This document shows positions 1 to 9,307 of a stretch of 64,000 nt of DNA, one piece after another. Where the stretch lies: the NCBI GenBank assembly GCA_964248365.1, contig CAXTYC010000001.1, positions 320,001 to 384,000 on the forward strand, written 5' to 3'. A program made the translations under genes and the position numbers. Position 1 is the stretch's first letter; every line of letters begins with the position of its first letter. The notes under the pieces are model-generated. The model was not told the origin of the DNA. It saw only the letters and a program-made list of their open reading frames with translations, and searched no databases. The stretch comes from an uncultured Chroococcidiopsis sp. GTDB taxonomy: Bacteria; Cyanobacteriota; Cyanobacteriia; Cyanobacteriales; Chroococcidiopsidaceae.

Positions 1-366
1 GTTGCCACAGGTACTGGCGTTCAGTTTTCCTGTTTGAATATCTGTAAGTTGAATACACTGGGTATGTGGTGGCAGTTGTGGTGCTAACTGTTCGAGAAAA
101 GTTTGTATTTGTTGGGGCGAATTGCTACGTAAAACAGTTGTTTGACTTGCCACTAGTAAGCTGGTTTTCAAAGCGGCGATCGCATTACTAATGTTCTCGC
201 CTTTTTTCACTGCGCTTTCCGTTAAGTTCCAACGGGCAGTTTCCAGCAAGCTAGAGCGTGCTTTCCTATACGTTACTGCCTCCCCAATCAATAAAACCGG
301 AATCGAGAGCAGCAATATTCTTGATAGCAGGATACGGCGAAAAGAGGATTGACCAGCCTTAGCCAT
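1..366 (-). CDS. Membrane sensor histidine kinase, N-terminal part (runs off the window edge)
   Basis: ATG at 366 on the minus strand reads MAKAGQSSFRRILLSRILLLSIPVLLIGEAVTYRKARSSLLETARWNLTESA... and stays open to position 1. A TM helix followed by a Cache-like region is typical of cyanobacterial sensor kinases. Not in the ORF track. Confidence 0.7.
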   Translation of the reverse strand, partial: MAKAGQSSFRRILLSRILLLSIPVLLIGEAVTYRKARSSLLETARWNLTESAVKKGENISNAIAALKTSLLVASQTTVLRSNSPQQIQTFLEQLAPQLPPHTQCIQLTDIQTGKLNASTCGN

Positions 367-790
367 AAAATATCCCCCAAGGTAGATGCAAAACCCAATA
401 ATACTTGCTCAACAACCGACTGGCTACATCGATCATTTGTTCACCCGTTTAGAAATAATCAGAGCAGAGAAATATACATCGCGCTTCCGTGATTTATTAA
501 TATCTACCTCGTCGGTGTTTCAGCTTTCCAGATATTTTGACTGTTTCAACTTTTGTAGCATGGTTGCCCCACTTGACTGATTAATAGTTTTGTCTTACAC
601 ACCTAGCCATTTGGAAAACAAGAACCAATAAACCATTATAAAGATTTTAGGTATAAAGATTAACTCTAAAAATTTCTGTACTGATGTCAAGCTTTCGTCA
701 AAACAGAAATATTCTTTCTCCTGGGGTGCTGTTACTTTTAGTACTAATGAGTTGAGATTGCCACTTTTAGGAGTGACGCGCGCAGAATCT

Positions 791-1597
791 ATGGTTGATG
801 AGCGAAAAAATCGTCCTTACACTACGGTGGTTTTAGCAATGAGTGCTGATGGCAAGATTGCTGATGTATTGCGATCGCCTGCCCGCTTTTCCTCCCCAAC
901 AGATAAACAACACCTAGAACAACAAATCGCTGCCTCTGATGCAGTACTCTTTGGTGCTGGTACTCTTCGTGCTTATGGCACGACTGTGCCAGTTTCTCAT
1001 CCCCAGTTGCTCCAACAAAGAAAACAATGCTCACTACCTCCTCAACCAGTGCAAATTTTAGCTTCCCTACAAGCTAACATTGATCCGCAACTGCGGTTCT
1101 TTCGTCAACCAGTACCTCGGTGGTTACTCACAACATCTGTAGGAGCAAAACACTGGCAAGGACGCTCTGAGTTTGAAAAGATTATTGTGTGTGAGACAAC
1201 GATCTTAAAGGAGGGGCGAGGAGCACAGGGCCACAGGGCCACAGGGGCGCAAGGAGAAACTATAATCCAAAATCTAAAATCTAAAATCCAAAATTCCCCT
1301 AGCCTCTCAATTGATTGGGTAGTTGCCTTACAACAGTTGGCAGATTTGCAGGTAAAACGCTTAGCGGTTCTAGGGGGCGGTCAATTAGTTGCTTCAATGC
1401 TGGCAGCTGATTTAATTGATGAGTTGTGGCTAACAGTTTGCCCCCTAATTTTAGGCGGAGCGTCTTCCCCTACGCCAGTCGAAGGAATGGGATTTGATGC
1501 AGCACTGGCTCCACGTTTAGAACTAGTATCGGTTCAGGCGATAGAGCAGGAAGTCTTTTTACACTATCGCCTGCAACGACAACAACGGGAAGATTAG
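791..1597 (+). CDS. RibD C-terminal domain / pyrimidine reductase family protein
   Basis: Motifs AMSADGKI, GAGTLR, LGGGQL and LIDELWLTVCPLILGG. ATG 791 is preferred over TTG 752. Carries an in-frame repeat insertion at about 1207-1300. Confidence 0.85.
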   Translation: MVDERKNRPYTTVVLAMSADGKIADVLRSPARFSSPTDKQHLEQQIAASDAVLFGAGTLRAYGTTVPVSHPQLLQQRKQCSLPPQPVQILASLQANIDPQLRFFRQPVPRWLLTTSVGAKHWQGRSEFEKIIVCETTILKEGRGAQGHRATGAQGETIIQNLKSKIQNSPSLSIDWVVALQQLADLQVKRLAVLGGGQLVASMLAADLIDELWLTVCPLILGGASSPTPVEGMGFDAALAPRLELVSVQAIEQEVFLHYRLQRQQRED

Positions 1598-1732
1598 ACT
1601 AGGCTAAGTGACAGTGGCAAGGGGAAAAGGGAAAAGGAAAAAGGATGAATGCAAAAAGTATAAATTAACAATTCTCCCACTCTCCCACTCTCCCCCTCTC
1701 CCACTCTCTCCCTAGCCCCTAGCCCCTAGTTT

Positions 1733-2956
1733 ATGGTGAAACAACTCAAGCCTCGTTATAGTGTTAGCTGGATTAATAAAATTGGCTCTGTACCTCAAGC
1801 CGAGTGGGATGCCCTAGCCCTTCCGCTGGCTACTCCGTTTTTAGAGTGGGAATGGTTAAACAATCTCGAAACGTCTGGTAGTGCTACAGCTAAGGCTGGA
1901 TGGTTGCCGAATCATTTGACGGTGTGGCGGGAGAATTCGCTAATTGCTGCTGCCCCGCTTTATCTCAAAGGGCATAGTTATGGTGAGTTTGTTTTTGATA
2001 GCCAATGGGCTGATTTGGCACAACGTCTAGGAGTAGACTATTACCCCAAGCTGTTAGGAATGTCGCCATTTACACCAGCCGAAGGGTATCGGTTCTTAAT
2101 TGCACCCCAGGAAGATGAAGATGAACTTACCGCATTGATGGTTCAGGCGATTGACTCTTTCTGCCATCACAACCGAATTGCTGGATGTCATTTCCTCTAC
2201 GTAGACCCCCAGTGGCGAGTGTTACTTGAACGTCACGGCTTCAAAACTTGGTTACATCACAGCTTCATTTGGCAGAATCTGGGCTTTGAGAATTTTGATG
2301 ATTATCTAGGAGTTTTCAACACTAATCAGCGTCGTAATATTAAACGCGAACGCAAAGCAGTGGAAAAAGCAGGCTTGCGGCTGGAAACGCTAACTGGTGA
2401 TGAAATTCCCCAGTCGCTGTTTCCTTTGATGTACAATTTCTATGCTGATACGTGTGACAAATTTGGCTGGTGGGGAAGCAAATACCTAACACGGCGCTTT
2501 TTTGAGCAGCTACACGCCCATTATCGCCATCGGGTGTTATTTGTCGCGGCTTATAGTCAGCAAGATGAGCGGCAACCAATCGGGATGTCGTTTTGTTTGA
2601 CTAAGGGTGATAGACTATATGGTCGCTACTGGGGTAGTTTTCAAGAAATAGATTGTTTGCATTTTGATGCTTGCTATTACACGCCAATTGAGTGGGCGAT
2701 CGCTAATGGCATTCAAACTTTTGACCCTGGCGCGGGTGGACGGCATAAAAAACGGCGCGGTTTTCCAGCTACTCCTAATCACAGTCTGCACCGCTTTTAC
2801 AATCGTCGTCTGGCTCAAATATTACATTCTTATATTAGTGAGGTGAATGAATTAGAACAGCAGGAAATTGCTCAAATTAATCAGGAGTTGCCTTTTAGTC
2901 GGGGTGAAGATATTAAGACGAACCGCAAAGACGCAAAGGACACTAAGGAAGAGTGA
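1733..2956 (+). CDS. GNAT-fold FemAB-like (DUF482) N-acetyltransferase family protein
   Basis: Motifs HSYGEFVFD, YYPKL, LYGRYWG, LHFDACYY and GAGGRHK. Confidence 0.9.
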   Translation: MVKQLKPRYSVSWINKIGSVPQAEWDALALPLATPFLEWEWLNNLETSGSATAKAGWLPNHLTVWRENSLIAAAPLYLKGHSYGEFVFDSQWADLAQRLGVDYYPKLLGMSPFTPAEGYRFLIAPQEDEDELTALMVQAIDSFCHHNRIAGCHFLYVDPQWRVLLERHGFKTWLHHSFIWQNLGFENFDDYLGVFNTNQRRNIKRERKAVEKAGLRLETLTGDEIPQSLFPLMYNFYADTCDKFGWWGSKYLTRRFFEQLHAHYRHRVLFVAAYSQQDERQPIGMSFCLTKGDRLYGRYWGSFQEIDCLHFDACYYTPIEWAIANGIQTFDPGAGGRHKKRRGFPATPNHSLHRFYNRRLAQILHSYISEVNELEQQEIAQINQELPFSRGEDIKTNRKDAKDTKEE

Positions 2957-3009
2957 GGAAGGAATAAAATTTAAGAGAGGGTGAAAAGTTAGTATTTGGT
3001 TTTATAGGG

Positions 3010-3396
3010 ATGATGGAACAGACGCTTGAGGCTCTAACTGCAATTGATGAAAAACTTTCTAAGCGTCATATTGACCTTGACCCTGGAGGTTATTTCATTA
3101 TCTATTTGGATCGGGATGCAGGGTTAATTTGCGCTAAACATTTCACAAATGTGATTAATGAGCGCGGTTTAGCTGTTGATCCCCAGACAGGTAAACCAAT
3201 TCCCGTGCGTGGTAAGGTAGAACGGACTCATACTAAGGTTTATAAAGGCAGAACTGCAAAAGAAATTTGTGTAGAAATTTTTGAGCAAGTAAAGCCTAGT
3301 CCGCTTACTCGCTTGGATCATGCTGCTTATTTAGGACGGGAATTTGTTCGAGCTGAAATTGCTCTGATAACAGGAAAGGAGTACGTTCAGGACTAG
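3010..3396 (+). CDS. DUF4346 domain protein
   Basis: Motifs LDPGGYFII and LDHAAYLGRE...Y.QD. Confidence 0.85.
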   Translation: MMEQTLEALTAIDEKLSKRHIDLDPGGYFIIYLDRDAGLICAKHFTNVINERGLAVDPQTGKPIPVRGKVERTHTKVYKGRTAKEICVEIFEQVKPSPLTRLDHAAYLGREFVRAEIALITGKEYVQD

Positions 3397-3600
3397 AAAA
3401 AGGGAAAAGGGAAAAGGGAAAAGGGTGAAGGGTGAAGGATAAAGGTTAAAGGGTGAAGGGGGAAAGGGAAAAGGATGAAGGTTGAAGGTAAAAATAATGT
3501 ATTAATTATTCTGTCTTTTGTCTCCTATCTCCTGTCTCCTTCACACTTTACATTTCATACTTCTAACTTCACACTTTACACTTCACACTTTACACTTCCA
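3397..3600. repeat. STRR heptamer tracts (representative; also at about 1618-1730, 29330-29610, 43200-43345, 47020-47155, 50060-50230, 50755-50840, 56988-57150, 60612-60800)
   Basis: Tandem GGGAAAA, GGGTGAA, CTCCCCA, GGTAACT, CCCCTAG and similar units, usually a purine-rich block followed by a pyrimidine-rich block. Confidence 0.9.
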
Positions 3601-3623
3601 ACGAAATACTTTCTAATTGCTTT

Positions 3624-4337
3624 TTACCTAACGTACAGATAGTAAGTTGCCATCGGAATAATGGTGGCAGCTAATAATAGTCCAACTACCCAAGCAGTAG
3701 CGTTACCTTTTTCGGTTTCGTCGGCTTTTTTAAATGAGCCTTCTAGGGGAACTGCTGCAACTTGGGGTGGACCTGGATCGGGTTCGCCGGATAGTACGGC
3801 TACTAAACGATCGCTTGCATCCAGAAATGCTTGATTATATTTTTCCCCTTGGCGCAGTGGTGCTACCAATGTTTCGTTAGCAACGCTATCGGCAATTTTA
3901 TCACTCATTAGCGACTTGACGCGATCGCCTGTAACAATGGCTGTTTTGTTGCTGACTTTATCAATTACTAATAAGGTTTGATTGGCTTGCGCTTCTTTGC
4001 TGGGAAACCATTTTTCAAACAGTGCTTTGGCAAAACTTTCTGGGGTTTCACCGTAGTCAAGGCGGCGAATGGTGACAAATCTGACTTCGTTACCCGTATC
4101 CTGGGCTAATTTTTCTAAGTCACTGTTAATCTTATTTTCGTTGATCCGACTTAAGACTTCTGCTTGGTCGATTACCCAATTGCGATCGCTAGGTGATACT
4201 TGTTGTATTTGATACACATTGGTGGCGCTAGCGGTCGGAGTAAACACCAGTGTAGTTAAAAGCATCAACACTAGCGGGAAAATATAGCGTTGCAAGTAGT
4301 GTTTCCAATTAATCACTTGATTGAGGAGCTGTTTCAT
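3624..4337 (-). CDS. psb32: Photosystem II repair protein Psb32 (TPM domain)
   Basis: Signal peptide, TPM domain (VTIRRLDYGE, YNQAFLDA) and a C-terminal TM helix ending ATIIPMATYY. Confidence 0.9.
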   Translation of the reverse strand: MKQLLNQVINWKHYLQRYIFPLVLMLLTTLVFTPTASATNVYQIQQVSPSDRNWVIDQAEVLSRINENKINSDLEKLAQDTGNEVRFVTIRRLDYGETPESFAKALFEKWFPSKEAQANQTLLVIDKVSNKTAIVTGDRVKSLMSDKIADSVANETLVAPLRQGEKYNQAFLDASDRLVAVLSGEPDPGPPQVAAVPLEGSFKKADETEKGNATAWVVGLLLAATIIPMATYYLYVR

Positions 4338-4601
4338 CGAACTAGCCCAATAGACAACTTTTAACCAAAATAGTACAGCAACTACAGTAAGTAGTGTTGG
4401 TATATGATAGGGAGTAGGTAGGAAAATCCATCAATTTCAAATTTCGACTTTCAAATTTCGACTTTATTTGACTTGTCCTAATCTATAAGACGAGCTGCTA
4501 TAGTTAGAAACTATATTACGATCGCGCCCGCTTGCTTTTAGCTAAACGCTAGCAGCGCGCCCGCGTTCTCGCAATTGATAATTAAGCCGCTCAACTAACT
4601 A

Positions 4602-6392
4602 TTAAACGTCAATATTGGGAATTTCAATCGTGAAGGTTGTCTGCAACGCCCCACTTTCAACTCGGATATGTCCGCCCAGATGTTCTACTAATTTCTGTAC
4701 TATTGCTAATCCAAGTCCGGTTCCACCTTGCTGCCAGCGATCGCTACTAGGAATACGATAGAATTTCTCAAATATGCGCGTCAGACTGGATGCGGGAATC
4801 TCACTACCAGAGTTATTAACGACAAACTCCACTCCATCAGCAGCATCCAATTTTGTGCTAGATGCTAAAGCACGAACTGTAACTGTAATAATACCTGTGG
4901 GTGGGGTGTACTTGCAAGCATTGTTGAGCAACTCCATTAGTATGCGTTTTAGTTTCATTGGGTCGGTTGTTAAGGTCACTGGAGCAATGTCAAGTTGCAG
5001 AGTTTGCTGGCGGGATAGGGCGCGAGCGCGAAAGCTACCTACAATCGGCGGTAGCCACTGGTGTAGCTGCACTGTTTCCAGAGCAATAGAGTCTCTCCCT
5101 GCTTCCAGCCGCTGCAAATCTAGCAGATCGTTAATCAATGTTACTTCGCGATCGCACTCATTGTGCAAAATCTGTAAATAAAGATTGCGTCGCTCTGGCG
5201 TAGTAGCAATTTGCAACATCTGGATAGCCATTTTAATATTAGTTAGAGGTGTGCGTAATTCATGAGAGACTGTACTCAAAAAATCATCTTTAAGTTGATT
5301 GAGCTGCTGTAGCTGTTGCATTTGCTCGTGTAACTGAGCCGTCCGCTCTTGCACTTGACGTTCGAGTCCAAGATTAAGGGTTTGTACCTGCTGGTACAAT
5401 TTGCGTAGCTTTAACTCGGTCTGCTTGCGATCGGTAGCAATAGCACCTAAAATCAAGCCTGTATAGGTAATTGCCATTAAGCCAAACTGCAAAACCAACT
5501 TATTTGCTGCACCGATTTGGGAACCTGCTAGGAACGTCACACCGATATTAATGCATAAAACAGTCGTTGCTGCCCTTGCTAAGCCATAGCGCAAGGCAAT
5601 CCAAATTAGCGGTAAAAAGACAAAATAGGTATAGTCGAGATTTACCCTACGAGGAGCGCCAAACGCGACCCAAATCCCTCCGCTTAAAAGGATAATTTGT
5701 ACTAGCAGCATTAGTAAGCCTTGGCGTGATGGCAAGCTCAGCTCGTCACTTGTGCCGTCCATCCATTCGGTTTCCGGCTCTGTGTGCGCCCAAACCCAAG
5801 GCACTTGACGCAGCACAATCAACAAAAACGGTGCTAGCATCCCGATTCCCGTCGCATCTCCAGCCCAGTACCGCAAGGTATTGATCAGCCAATCTGACAA
5901 GGGGATAATCCCAGCAGAAACGAAGTTTATCGTTTGCAGTAGAGCGATGACGAAGGGGGCGACGAGGGCAGCGACAATAAACCACACTACATCGCGCAGT
6001 TGTCGCAGGCGAGGATTAATCCGCAGCTTTAACAGCAGCAGAGCGCAGGCTCCGGTGTAGCTTAGCGTTGTGATCAAATCGAAGTACAGCAAGGTGATGA
6101 ATGGCAGACCGCGTTTAGTTACAACCCATTCATGCAGCAAGGTATTAAGCGCTAGAGCAATCCAATAGCGCAGCCCACCCACCAATAACAGTACGACATC
6201 AAGGGCAGAGGGCGGATACCAAATTTGCACTTCGGGTGCTAATTCAAAGTGCATCGCTACTAAATCTAGCGCCGTCCAAATCAGGAGATAAAGCGCCAAG
6301 AGTAGCACGTAACGTACAGGCGGTGGTATCTTCCTCTGCCACCTGAATAGTTTTCTAGAAACAACTGAGTTACCTAAATTCGGTCTAACCAT
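4602..6392 (-). CDS. MASE1-domain sensor histidine kinase
   Basis: Multi-TM N-terminus with WYPP and YWAGDATG; HisKA SHELRTPL; N-box ELLNNACKY; G-box GGTGLGLAIV. Confidence 0.9.
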   Translation of the reverse strand: MVRPNLGNSVVSRKLFRWQRKIPPPVRYVLLLALYLLIWTALDLVAMHFELAPEVQIWYPPSALDVVLLLVGGLRYWIALALNTLLHEWVVTKRGLPFITLLYFDLITTLSYTGACALLLLKLRINPRLRQLRDVVWFIVAALVAPFVIALLQTINFVSAGIIPLSDWLINTLRYWAGDATGIGMLAPFLLIVLRQVPWVWAHTEPETEWMDGTSDELSLPSRQGLLMLLVQIILLSGGIWVAFGAPRRVNLDYTYFVFLPLIWIALRYGLARAATTVLCINIGVTFLAGSQIGAANKLVLQFGLMAITYTGLILGAIATDRKQTELKLRKLYQQVQTLNLGLERQVQERTAQLHEQMQQLQQLNQLKDDFLSTVSHELRTPLTNIKMAIQMLQIATTPERRNLYLQILHNECDREVTLINDLLDLQRLEAGRDSIALETVQLHQWLPPIVGSFRARALSRQQTLQLDIAPVTLTTDPMKLKRILMELLNNACKYTPPTGIITVTVRALASSTKLDAADGVEFVVNNSGSEIPASSLTRIFEKFYRIPSSDRWQQGGTGLGLAIVQKLVEHLGGHIRVESGALQTTFTIEIPNIDV

Positions 6393-6649
6393 ATGAACTC
6401 ATTGCGGTAGCCCGCACTACCAGGCGCAGGTTAGTAGACTTGCGATAATTCCGCACCGCAGCCAGATACAAATACTCAAACTTAGTATTATCAGCCTACC
6501 AACCTTAGAAAACACCTACTAAAAAAAGTAAAACTAGTAAAGGTGACAACAGCCGCTATTCTAAACTTGAAAATCTGAGAATCTCTGTTTACGTTTATAA
6601 AAAATCACTGTTGTCGGTTGCGTTTATATCAGCCTAACAAAGAAAATTC

Positions 6650-7330
6650 ATGACACTGATTCTCACCAATGATGATGGAATAAATGCTCCAGGTATTCGG
6701 GCGTTGCTCAAAGCTGTCGATGGTAAACAAGTTATCATCGCTGCACCCAAAGATCATTTATCAGGCTGTGGCCATCAAGTTACTACAACTCGACCAATTC
6801 ATGTCCAGCGACAAAGCGAAAATGAGTATGCGATCGCCGGAACTCCCGCTGATTGCATCCGCATTGCTATAACACATATTTGTCAAGATGTCAAATGTGT
6901 GCTTTCAGGTATCAACGCTGGGGGTAACATGGGGGCTGATGTATACATTTCAGGTACAGTCGCCGCCGTGCGGGAAGCTGCTTTTCATGGCATTCCAGGG
7001 ATCGCTATTTCTCACTATCGCAAAGGTAAACGTAATGTAGATTGGGATGTGGCGGCTAGGTGGACTGCTTTAGTGTTAGCTGACTTACTCGAACGCCAGC
7101 CAGAACCAGGAACTTTCTGGAATGTAAATTTACCCCATTTGCTACCAGGAGATCCCGATCCTGAAGTGGTGTTTTGTGAACCTTGTACCCAACCGCTGCC
7201 TGTTAATTATCGCATTGAGGGCGATAACTTTTATTATGTGGGGAATTATGCATCGCGCGATCGCACACCTGGAAGCGATGTAGATGTCTGCTTTTCAGGT
7301 AAGATTGCTGTGACTCGACTACGGCTTTGA
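6650..7330 (+). CDS. surE: 5'/3'-nucleotidase SurE
   Basis: Motifs LTNDDGINAPG, GTPADC, SGINAGGN and SGTVAA. Confidence 0.95.
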   Translation: MTLILTNDDGINAPGIRALLKAVDGKQVIIAAPKDHLSGCGHQVTTTRPIHVQRQSENEYAIAGTPADCIRIAITHICQDVKCVLSGINAGGNMGADVYISGTVAAVREAAFHGIPGIAISHYRKGKRNVDWDVAARWTALVLADLLERQPEPGTFWNVNLPHLLPGDPDPEVVFCEPCTQPLPVNYRIEGDNFYYVGNYASRDRTPGSDVDVCFSGKIAVTRLRL

Positions 7331-7393
7331 GCAATCAATTATCAATGTTCGCGCTTGTTGCCGCAGGCTACAATTATCAATTATCAATAAATG

Positions 7394-7560
7394 CAGGACT
7401 TACACAGCCAGTCCCCCACTCCAGTTAAAAAAGGGCTACTGTGTTCCCCCTTTGATCCCCCTCCCGTCAGAGTTTTTAAGGGGGAAGCCATAGGAGGCTA
7501 CGCCATTAATATTAAGGGGGTTAGGGGGGATCGAGATCCTATTCAAGTGCATAACTCCTG
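7394..7560. mobile_element. MITE-like element with imperfect terminal inverted repeats and a 5-bp target duplication
   Basis: Ends CAGGACTTACAC and GTGCATAACTCCTG are imperfect inverted repeats. AAATG flanks both sides (7389-7393 and 7561-7565). The interior has C-rich and G-rich arms. Confidence 0.65.
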
Positions 7561-7644
7561 AAATGATAGAAGCCATAATAATGCGTAAGTGTGTCTCTTG
7601 TTTGCTCTTAATTGTTCATTGATAATTGTTCATTGATAATTGAT

Positions 7645-8748
7645 TTAGCGTTTTAATTCAAGTCTTGCTGTTACTGCACCTGGGTAGTAATATCCTATGA
7701 TTTGGCGATAGTCGTAGCCTTGGGCTGCTAATTTATATGCTCCTGTTTGACTCATCCCTACTCCACCATGAGCTTGAGCTACAATTTCGTCTGTTGAGGC
7801 ATACAGAGATTCAACAATTCCGCCTTTATAACTTATGATTTGTCCGGCTGTGGCTTTGACTGCTTTTTGGGTGGTATTATATTCGCTGTTCATTCCTTTG
7901 TAAACTTGCCAGCGTTCGGTGTTACCCAGGTTGTACCAGGTACTAGCAGGACGAACTAAGTGAACTAAGGCATAGGAACGCGCGGCGACTGCTTGAGCTT
8001 TGAGTGCTTCCTCTGGTGCGCTGGGGTGCATTTCGCTTCCTACTACACTAGAAAGATAATGCTCTAAGTCTATATAGTTGACAGCTAATAATTTATTTTC
8101 TTGAGATAGTAATAATAATTTTCCTCGATACCAGCGATTGCCTACATAAACAGCGCCTCCTTTGGAAGGCGAGATCCACACTGCATTTGGCAGTTGTCCA
8201 CTACCTATGATGATATTTGATTGATAGGGTTGAGCTAAGAAGGCTTGAGATGCTGGCAATTTTTGCAATGCTTTACCGTTGCTAGCCATAATATAAGCAT
8301 CAGTTGATGAGCCAATGGTGAGCGAGTCGACTTTATCTGCGATCGCTACTCGAATTTGGAATGCTGGGGGTGTGTATTGCGGCTTTTTCGCAATTTTCCG
8401 CTGTTTGCGGTGTCTTACCGTCTTTGATTGCTTTTTGGCTAAAAGTTGCGGCTGAGGTGCTGTAGGATGAGTTTTGGGCTGATGAGTCTTATTTGCCCAA
8501 TTAGTTTTATTAGTTTTATTTATAATTTTTGGGATTACTTGTTGTTCCCATTGAGAGACATTTGAAATATTGAGGCTGGATTGATTAGTAGAAGTATTAT
8601 TATATGTATTGACATTATGAGAAGAAGGTGATATAGATTGAGCCAATACCACAGGCAAAAGTAAGGGTGTGGACAACAATGGAATTGACCAAATACCCAG
8701 GCGTTGAAAGGCTTTCGTAACTTGGTAGGTTTTATTAAAAATACTCAT
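7645..8748 (-). CDS. SpoIID/LytB domain protein (lytic transglycosylase-like)
   Basis: Motifs YRGKL, LEHYLSSVVGSEM, EALKAQAVAARSYA, HGGVGMSQTGA and YYPG. Confidence 0.9.
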   Translation of the reverse strand: MSIFNKTYQVTKAFQRLGIWSIPLLSTPLLLPVVLAQSISPSSHNVNTYNNTSTNQSSLNISNVSQWEQQVIPKIINKTNKTNWANKTHQPKTHPTAPQPQLLAKKQSKTVRHRKQRKIAKKPQYTPPAFQIRVAIADKVDSLTIGSSTDAYIMASNGKALQKLPASQAFLAQPYQSNIIIGSGQLPNAVWISPSKGGAVYVGNRWYRGKLLLLSQENKLLAVNYIDLEHYLSSVVGSEMHPSAPEEALKAQAVAARSYALVHLVRPASTWYNLGNTERWQVYKGMNSEYNTTQKAVKATAGQIISYKGGIVESLYASTDEIVAQAHGGVGMSQTGAYKLAAQGYDYRQIIGYYYPGAVTARLELKR

Positions 8749-8937
8749 AGGTTCACGCGCTTACTGCTTAAACAAAAACTGGCTTACAGTGTGCTGTTGC
8801 CCAATTAGGGGCAAGTTTTACTGCTTTTGATTAAACACACAAGTTTAGTAGTTGAATTAATCGTGCTATTTGTGTAGCAGAACTAAAGTATTTTATCTGA
8901 ATTTTTATTGTAGATGCTGTTTAAATTTGAAATAAAT

Positions 8938-9260
8938 CTACGGTAATTGGTAGGGGCGCACTTTAAACCAGTTATTTGTTCTGTTGAAAAGTTGGGGGAG
9001 AGGGGGAAACACAGTCTCTGTCTTGACTCGCTTGGGGGGGCATGGGGTTTTCTCTGGGGATGGGGGGCAGGCGGGGAGACCCCTTGCTAAAAACCCCCCA
9101 ACTTTTCGCGCCCCTCACCCCCACTTTCCGCTTGTTCACAAGTATGTCTGATAAACCCGCGCGTACGGTAGTTGGTAGTTGGTAGTTAATAATTCTCCCC
9201 TGATTCCCCTGAACCCACTCTCCCCATTACCCATTACCCATTACCAATTACCTATTACCA
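8938..9260. repeat. Composite nested repeat region (REP-like outer arms, inner inverted repeat, STRR tracts)
   Basis: Outer arms GTAGGGGCGCACTTTA and TAAACCCGCGCGTAC, inner arms GAAAAGTTGGGGG and CCCCCAACTTTTC, then GGTAGTT and CCATTAC heptamers. Confidence 0.6.
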
Positions 9261-9307
9261 CTGGCTCGTGGGCGCATTGCCCTAAATAATTGTTAGTGTA
9301 GAGCCAT

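Noticed and set aside
3397..3600. Tandem repeats as a possible CRISPR array
   Set aside because: They are heptameric STRR tracts with no unique spacers, no 25-40 bp repeat and no cas genes. No CRISPR array was seen anywhere in the window.
8749..9300. c-di-AMP (ydaO) riboswitch upstream of the SpoIID gene
   Set aside because: No ydaO consensus blocks are recognisable on the minus strand, and the GC-rich part is explained by nested repeats.
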